A stretch of DNA of 64,000 bases from Lama guanicoe (Eukaryota): contig MU054187.1 of the NCBI GenBank assembly GCA_013239625.1, positions 13,858,974 to 13,922,973 of the forward strand, in the 5' to 3' direction. How positions within the stretch are numbered: position 1 is the first letter of the stretch; each line of letters starts with the position of its first letter. The notes under the pieces are model-generated. The model was given only the letters and a program-made list of their open reading frames with translations, was not told the origin of the DNA and did no database searches. The position numbers were made by a program, and so were the translations under genes. Positions 60,100-64,000 of the stretch are shown here, one piece after another.

Positions 60100-60352
60100 A
60101 ATGTAATAATAAATATCATTTGTTGGGTGCTTACTATGATATTCCAGTTACCATGCCAAGTGTTTTGTATTCATTATCTCATCTAATATTTATAACAATA
60201 TTGAGTTAAATACTGTTATTGTCAACATTTTATAGGTTTAGAGAGATTAAGTGTCTTGTCCAATGGCCCATAGATGTGAAGTGTTAGAGCTGAGAGGAGA
60301 ACTCACTTGTGCCTAATTCGAGAGGACATTTCCATAACCAGTTCATGCTGCC
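60100..60352 (-). mobile_element. MIR SINE
   Basis: tatcatttgttgggtgcttactatg...cattatctcatctaat...agagagattaagtgtcttgtccaatggcccatag. Confidence 0.75.
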
Positions 60353-61660
60353 CCTTTGCCCTGGGAGCACGGAAGAGCATGTACATCAGTCCGAGCCAGG
60401 GAATGCTTCATAGACGAGGTTACTGCTGAGCTGGATATTGAAGGAGGGATAGAAGTCGTCTGGATGGCAGAGGAGGAAGCAGGAGTGCAGGAAGGCTGAG
60501 AGACGTGAAGGAACCCAGCTCACTCAGGAGTGCAGAGGAGAATGTGTATCAGGGAATGACCCTATGTGAGATCACCTTGAGGACAGATGCTCAAGGACCT
60601 AGTAAGTCATGCTTTGTCCTAAAGACAGCCAGGGACATTGGAGATTTTGGGGGCAGGAAGGTAATACAAAATGAGATATGCTTTCCATTCCATTAGGTCA
60701 CTGTGATGGAGATATGTACTTGGGCCCGGGAGTGGGTACAGCAAAGTTGCAGCATTTAGAGAAAGGAAGACCCTACTACTACACTCATCCAAGCAAGAAG
60801 TGATATGGACCTGGACTTCAGAAGCAGGAGGAGAGCTGGGGGAAAGAATGTTGAAAACATGTACTTAAAGAATAGACTTGCCATTAGTTTGTGGTTAATC
60901 AGATATGAGAAACAAGTCTAGTGAAAAGACTGGCTCCTAGGTTCCTAGCTCAAAAATTGGGTGGAATTCTGTGCTTTGAGGCAAGAGAGGGAAAATGGGA
61001 GGAGGTGTGGGCTCAAGATAGATGATAGAGTCCCATTTTGGATGCCTTTCTTTGAGCTGCTTATGGGCTGTCTCAGTCATTGTCACCTGGAGACCACCAG
61101 AAACACCATCTGGAGCTCCAAGGAGAACGTCGGGGCCAGGAGTGTGACTGGGAAATTGTCGTCACATCTGTAGATGACAGTTCAAGTCAGTGCGCCCATG
61201 TGAGCAGCTTGAGGAAAGAGAATCCACCACGGTCAGCTCCCAGAGGATCCCAGAGGAACCCAGAGTGGATGAAGACCCTAGGAAGATCAGAAAGGCAGGT
61301 GAACTAGGAGAGAGGAACATTCTAGAAGCCAGGAGAACTCAAGAGGGTCACAGGAGTCAGTGCTGCAGCGGTTAAGTAAGGAGGATCTCTTAAGTATCCA
61401 TTGAATTTGATCATTCGGAGGTCACTGGAGGACATTGCTGCAGTGGCTTCAGTGGACTGTGAGGACAAATGCCAAACTGTAGTGAGTAATGGAAGGTGAG
61501 GAAATGGAAACCCCAAGTAAAGAATATGTTTTCAAGAACCTGGGCACTGGGGGAAGGAACGTTCTCTGACAGTAGCCAGTGGGGGCAGGGTGGGCAGGAT
61601 CAAGGGAGCATTGGTGGGTTCTCCCCATTACCTCGCATGTTTCTAATAATATCCTAACTT

Positions 61661-61866
61661 AAAAAATTTTTGTTTATTGACGTGTAGTTGACATACAATG
61701 TTAGCTTCAGGTGTGCAGCAGAGTGATTCAGTTCTACATATGCATACACATATATTTTTTCTTTTCAGATTCTTTTCCATTATGTTATCAAAAGGAATTG
61801 AATATAGGTCCTTGTGCTATGCAGTAGGTCCTTGTTGTTTATCTGTTTTATAAAGAGTAATGTGTG
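61661..61866 (-). mobile_element. Short L1 tail with perfect 14-bp TSD
   Basis: tttattgacgtgtagttgacatacaatgttagcttcaggtgtgcagc...; taatatcctaactt at 61647-61660 and 61867-61880. Confidence 0.92.
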
Positions 61867-62864
61867 TAATATCCTAACTTTTAAGGCCTTTGAAAAACAC
61901 CTTACAGACATTCTTCCTAAGTTGTGCTTCATTTCCGAGTGATAAATAAAATTTGTTTGCACTTGAAATTCATATAGGAGATTTTCCTGTGCTTACTGTG
62001 TGTCCAGCTGGTAGAAAAGCCTTCATAAAAAGGTCTGTCCTAAGGAGTATCCAATTCAGAATGTTTTTATTATGCTTCTTCTGTCAGTGTCAATTCAAAT
62101 GTCTCATAAATCTGTTAATGTGATTTGATTCATTCGACCATGTGATCAGAATAAAGAAAACATCCTACATGAGTTCATTTCCATAAATAAACAAAAGACC
62201 AAGGAGAGGAAGAGAGAGTAGCCAAATGACTCCTCCCAAAGATTTGCATGTTTGGGGCATTGAGAGGGAGAGATCCTCAGAACTCGACTGAAATGATCTG
62301 AGTAGCTAATGTGAGGCAGGATGTTAGAGGCCCGTTTTCTAAGCTTCAGGCGAGAGGTCCAGAGTTCCAAGAAACAGGGATGAACATTTTCACGTAGCAC
62401 GTTCATCTGCACATTGGCTCTCTGGGGGATGCTGAGGAGCTGTGAAGAGCACCTGGATCCAGGCTTCACTCCTTCCTTTGAGGAAGACCACAGGCTGGTT
62501 GGGAAAGCCACCCTCAGTGGGATGACAGAGCCCCCCTGTTCTTCACGGGATGCTGAATGGTAATCATTTGAGAGTAGCCAGCACATTCATGGACCTTCTA
62601 CTCTCCAATTTTTCTGGCTTGTTTACCTGAGAAAAAAGTGCAAGAGGGAACCACACTCTCCTGTAAAGTGAGGACCAGGAGAGACAGAGTAAGATGTTGA
62701 GATAACACTGTCGAGGGCTGAAAGTAATACTTGTCCTGGCAAAAATCGATTGATAACCATTGACATTCCAAACACGCCTTTTGCACTTACAGTGTGCTAG
62801 GCCCAGTCCTCCCAGTGGGTCTCCTTGCAATTCAGAGAGAGGAAAGGAAAAAATCCCCCGGCAT

Positions 62865-63065
62865 GCCCAACCCTTTACATACACCACCCATGTTTACCCG
62901 TGTTGACCGTAACAGTCCAGTGAGGAAGGTGTTATCATTCCGTTTTGTAGCAGAAGTAAATGAGGCTAAGAAAAGTCCAGCAACTGATCCCGGGTACCTG
63001 AGCTGGTAGATTGCAGAGTGAGTGTCAAAGAATGTCATCCATCTCTTGCCTGAGGCCTGGTCTCT
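62865..63065 (-). mobile_element. MIR SINE relic
   Basis: gtgaggaaggtgttatcattccgttttgtagcagaagtaaatgaggctaagaaa. Confidence 0.6.
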
Positions 63066-63409
63066 GTGTTGCCCCAGGTTGCCTTCTTCCCGCCAAAGAG
63101 TTGAGCTAACAAAACCCCTCTCTGTCCCTCCCAAGAAACTGCACATTCCACATTTCTCTGGCTTAGTGAACACTTTAAAAATATTTTTTCCTCCAAAAAT
63201 AAAACTAAAAATCTACTTTTTTATGACCACTAATAGCATTCGTGACTTTGTAAAGTAAGATGATGAAGTGAAAATCAGTGTGTGCCAGGGTGAAAACTAA
63301 ACATCCGTATTGTCAGCAAAGGATTTCTCTTGTTGGAGATACATTCTACCTGGATTAGCATATTTAATAGGCTTTTGCTCTCTCCTCAGGCTAAATTATG
63401 TTGATTGTC

Positions 63410-63622
63410 AGTGACTGTTAAACCTAACTGCACAGCAGAATCACTGAGGGGAAGCCTCAGGGAAAAAAAAGAAAAAGAAAAACTCAAAAAGATTTTGATG
63501 CCAAAACACCATCATCAGAAATTCTATTTTAATTATCCTATGGTAGAATCCAGGCATATGTATGTGTTTTTCTTAATTCCCCAGAAGGTTCTAATGTGCA
63601 GCCAAGTTTTGAAATCACTGAG
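63410..63622. mobile_element. MER5B-like hAT-Charlie relic
   Basis: ctgcacagcagaatcactgaggggaagc...ccaggcat...ttccccagaaggttctaatgtgcagccaagttttgaaatcactg. Confidence 0.75.
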
Positions 63623-64000
63623 CTCCACCATGTGATAACCGCACTGGTAAACTTGGAGCTAAATCATGTGTTTAGAAGACGGATGAGAATCCTCAGTTAT
63701 ATGTCCTGCCTTTATCTTTTGTACATCATCAGCCAGATGGTGGAAGACAGCTTGGTGATGGATCAATAACACTTATGAACAAAACTGTAGGTCACAGGAT
63801 GTTTTGGATCCCGACTGATTAAATATCTTAAAACTTAAGCAGTTAGGACATTGAGAATAAAAAGAGAACCTCTTCCATCTCCCGTCGTCAAGCCAAAGAT
63901 TGGCTACAAAACTTTAAACGTTTCTAGTCTGTTAAGCAAATAAAATGCCCCAGAGTTTTTAGGAAAGTACCATGAATATTCTTTCTTATTTTCTCATGAT

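Larger units (their letters stand above)
59575..61600 (-). mobile_element. Long degenerate L2 interrupted by L1 and MIR
   Basis: cattcatttgttc...; gggaatgcttcatagacgaggttactgctgagctggatattgaagga...; gactggctcctaggttcctagc...; ccattgaatttgatcattcggaggtcactggag. Confidence 0.7.

Noticed and set aside
62146..62887. 146-aa and 107-aa minus-strand ORFs with an acceptor near 62627
   Set aside because: No recognisable protein similarity, and the acceptor opens only a 20-codon frame.
1..64000. CRISPR arrays, operons, tRNA/rRNA/snoRNA genes, processed pseudogenes or NUMT
   Set aside because: None seen: no regular multi-unit repeat-spacer array, no long ORFs, and no recognisable structural RNA or mitochondrial sequence.
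1..64000. Using L1 strand bias to infer a host gene's direction
   Set aside because: L1 fragments are split about evenly between strands, so the signal is uninformative.

Overview
Repeat-rich mammalian nuclear DNA with no protein-coding gene, tRNA, rRNA or CRISPR-type feature that I can recognise. A large share of the window is transposon relics: old L2, MIR, MLT1/MER21/MER76-like LTRs, MER5/MER53/MER2/MER103-type DNA elements and old L1M, plus many younger, strongly 5'-truncated L1 3' tails, several with clear target-site duplications (TSDs). The L1 tail type, and the fact that I saw no Alu, B1, Bov-tA/A2, PRE-1, CHR-2 or Can-SINE, suggest a cetartiodactyl, most likely a camelid (inference from recall, no search run). 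The listed ORFs look like chance frames or repeat-derived. The best non-repeat leads are: (i) a possible 5' end of a minus-strand gene running off the left edge (promoter/exon near 8.6-8.8 kb and a 24-nt ATG-bearing microexon at 1633-1656); (ii) a tail-to-tail L2 hairpin at 2111-2213 with the layout of L2-derived miRNAs; (iii) a CpG-retaining, G-rich promoter-like region near 14-15 kb and several motif-dense enhancer candidates; (iv) a twin-primed (inverted) L1 nested in an older L1. I find no support for a new biological system. Repeat family names come from recalled consensus similarity, and boundaries are approximate (about +/-20 bp or more for old elements).
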